Positions 63,733 through 64,000 of a stretch of DNA of 64,000 nucleotides are shown piece by piece (within the stretch, counting starts at the first letter, position 1; each line of letters begins with the position of its first letter). The notes below the pieces were generated by a model. It searched no databases. It was not told the origin of the DNA and saw only the letters and a program-made list of their open reading frames with translations. Position numbers and translations under genes: made by a program. Origin of the DNA: Eutreptiella sp. 'Long Island Sound 2002' (taxonomy: Eukaryota; Protista; Euglenida); the NCBI GenBank assembly GCA_964036045.1, contig OZ038379.1:19592001-19656000 (forward strand), written 5' to 3'.

Positions 63733-64000
63733 CTTGACGCCGTCACTCAACCCTGTGTACACATGCTCCTGGCGATTTTCACGCAAATCCCACTGGCGCA
63801 CTGTGCAATCATCTCCACCGGTCCAGACTTTGGAATCCCGCCCCTGAATGCAGAGAATGGCGTCCTGATGCCCCTTATACGTCATCACGCAGCGCGACGT
63901 CCGGATGTCGTACACGAATAAGTCGCCGCTGGAGCTCCCGGCGAGCAGCATCGACTGCTGCCCTTCGCTGCAATCCACGCCGCCAGATCCCAAACACCGC
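63733..64000 (-). CDS. WD40 + EF-hand protein, upstream WD40 exon (5' boundary uncertain or outside the window)
   Basis: LLAGSSSGDLFVYDI..YKGHQDAILCI..VWTGGDDCTVRQWDL are WD40 repeats. Donor AAG|GTACAG; the frame stays open to the window edge. Confidence 0.88.

Overview
Eukaryotic, repeat-dense nuclear DNA, most likely from a photosynthetic euglenid. This is inferred from a near-perfect Euglena-type spliced-leader sequence, two genes with two-transmembrane (class I-type) plastid presequences, and pyrimidine-rich AG sites 12-21 nt upstream of the start codons. I can support four host genes, all on the minus strand and all with GT-AG introns where introns exist: (1) an intronless F-box + 22x29-aa LRR gene (7597-9717); (2) a 4-exon plastid-targeted cold-shock-domain protein (19079-26698, ~633 aa); (3) a 2-exon plastid-type ferredoxin-NADP+ reductase paralogue (29627-32603, 466 aa) whose catalytic Ser/Cys/Glu and 2'-phosphate-binding residues are substituted; (4) the 3' part of a WD40 + EF-hand gene (44545 to beyond 64000). 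The last intron of gene 4 carries a decayed but apparently full-length 7.5-kb LINE (RRM-like ORF1, APE, RT, RNase H) between oppositely oriented pentamer arrays. The rest is LINE debris, a hAT transposase remnant with a SAP-like tail, TTAA-bounded and TIR elements, tRNA-like SINE heads, 48/85/170-bp tandem repeats and microsatellites. The best leads are the reprogrammed FNR, a genomic spliced-leader relic (candidate retrocopy of a trans-spliced mRNA) and the LRR array with a variable binding face. All gene models were spliced by eye and no database searches were run.
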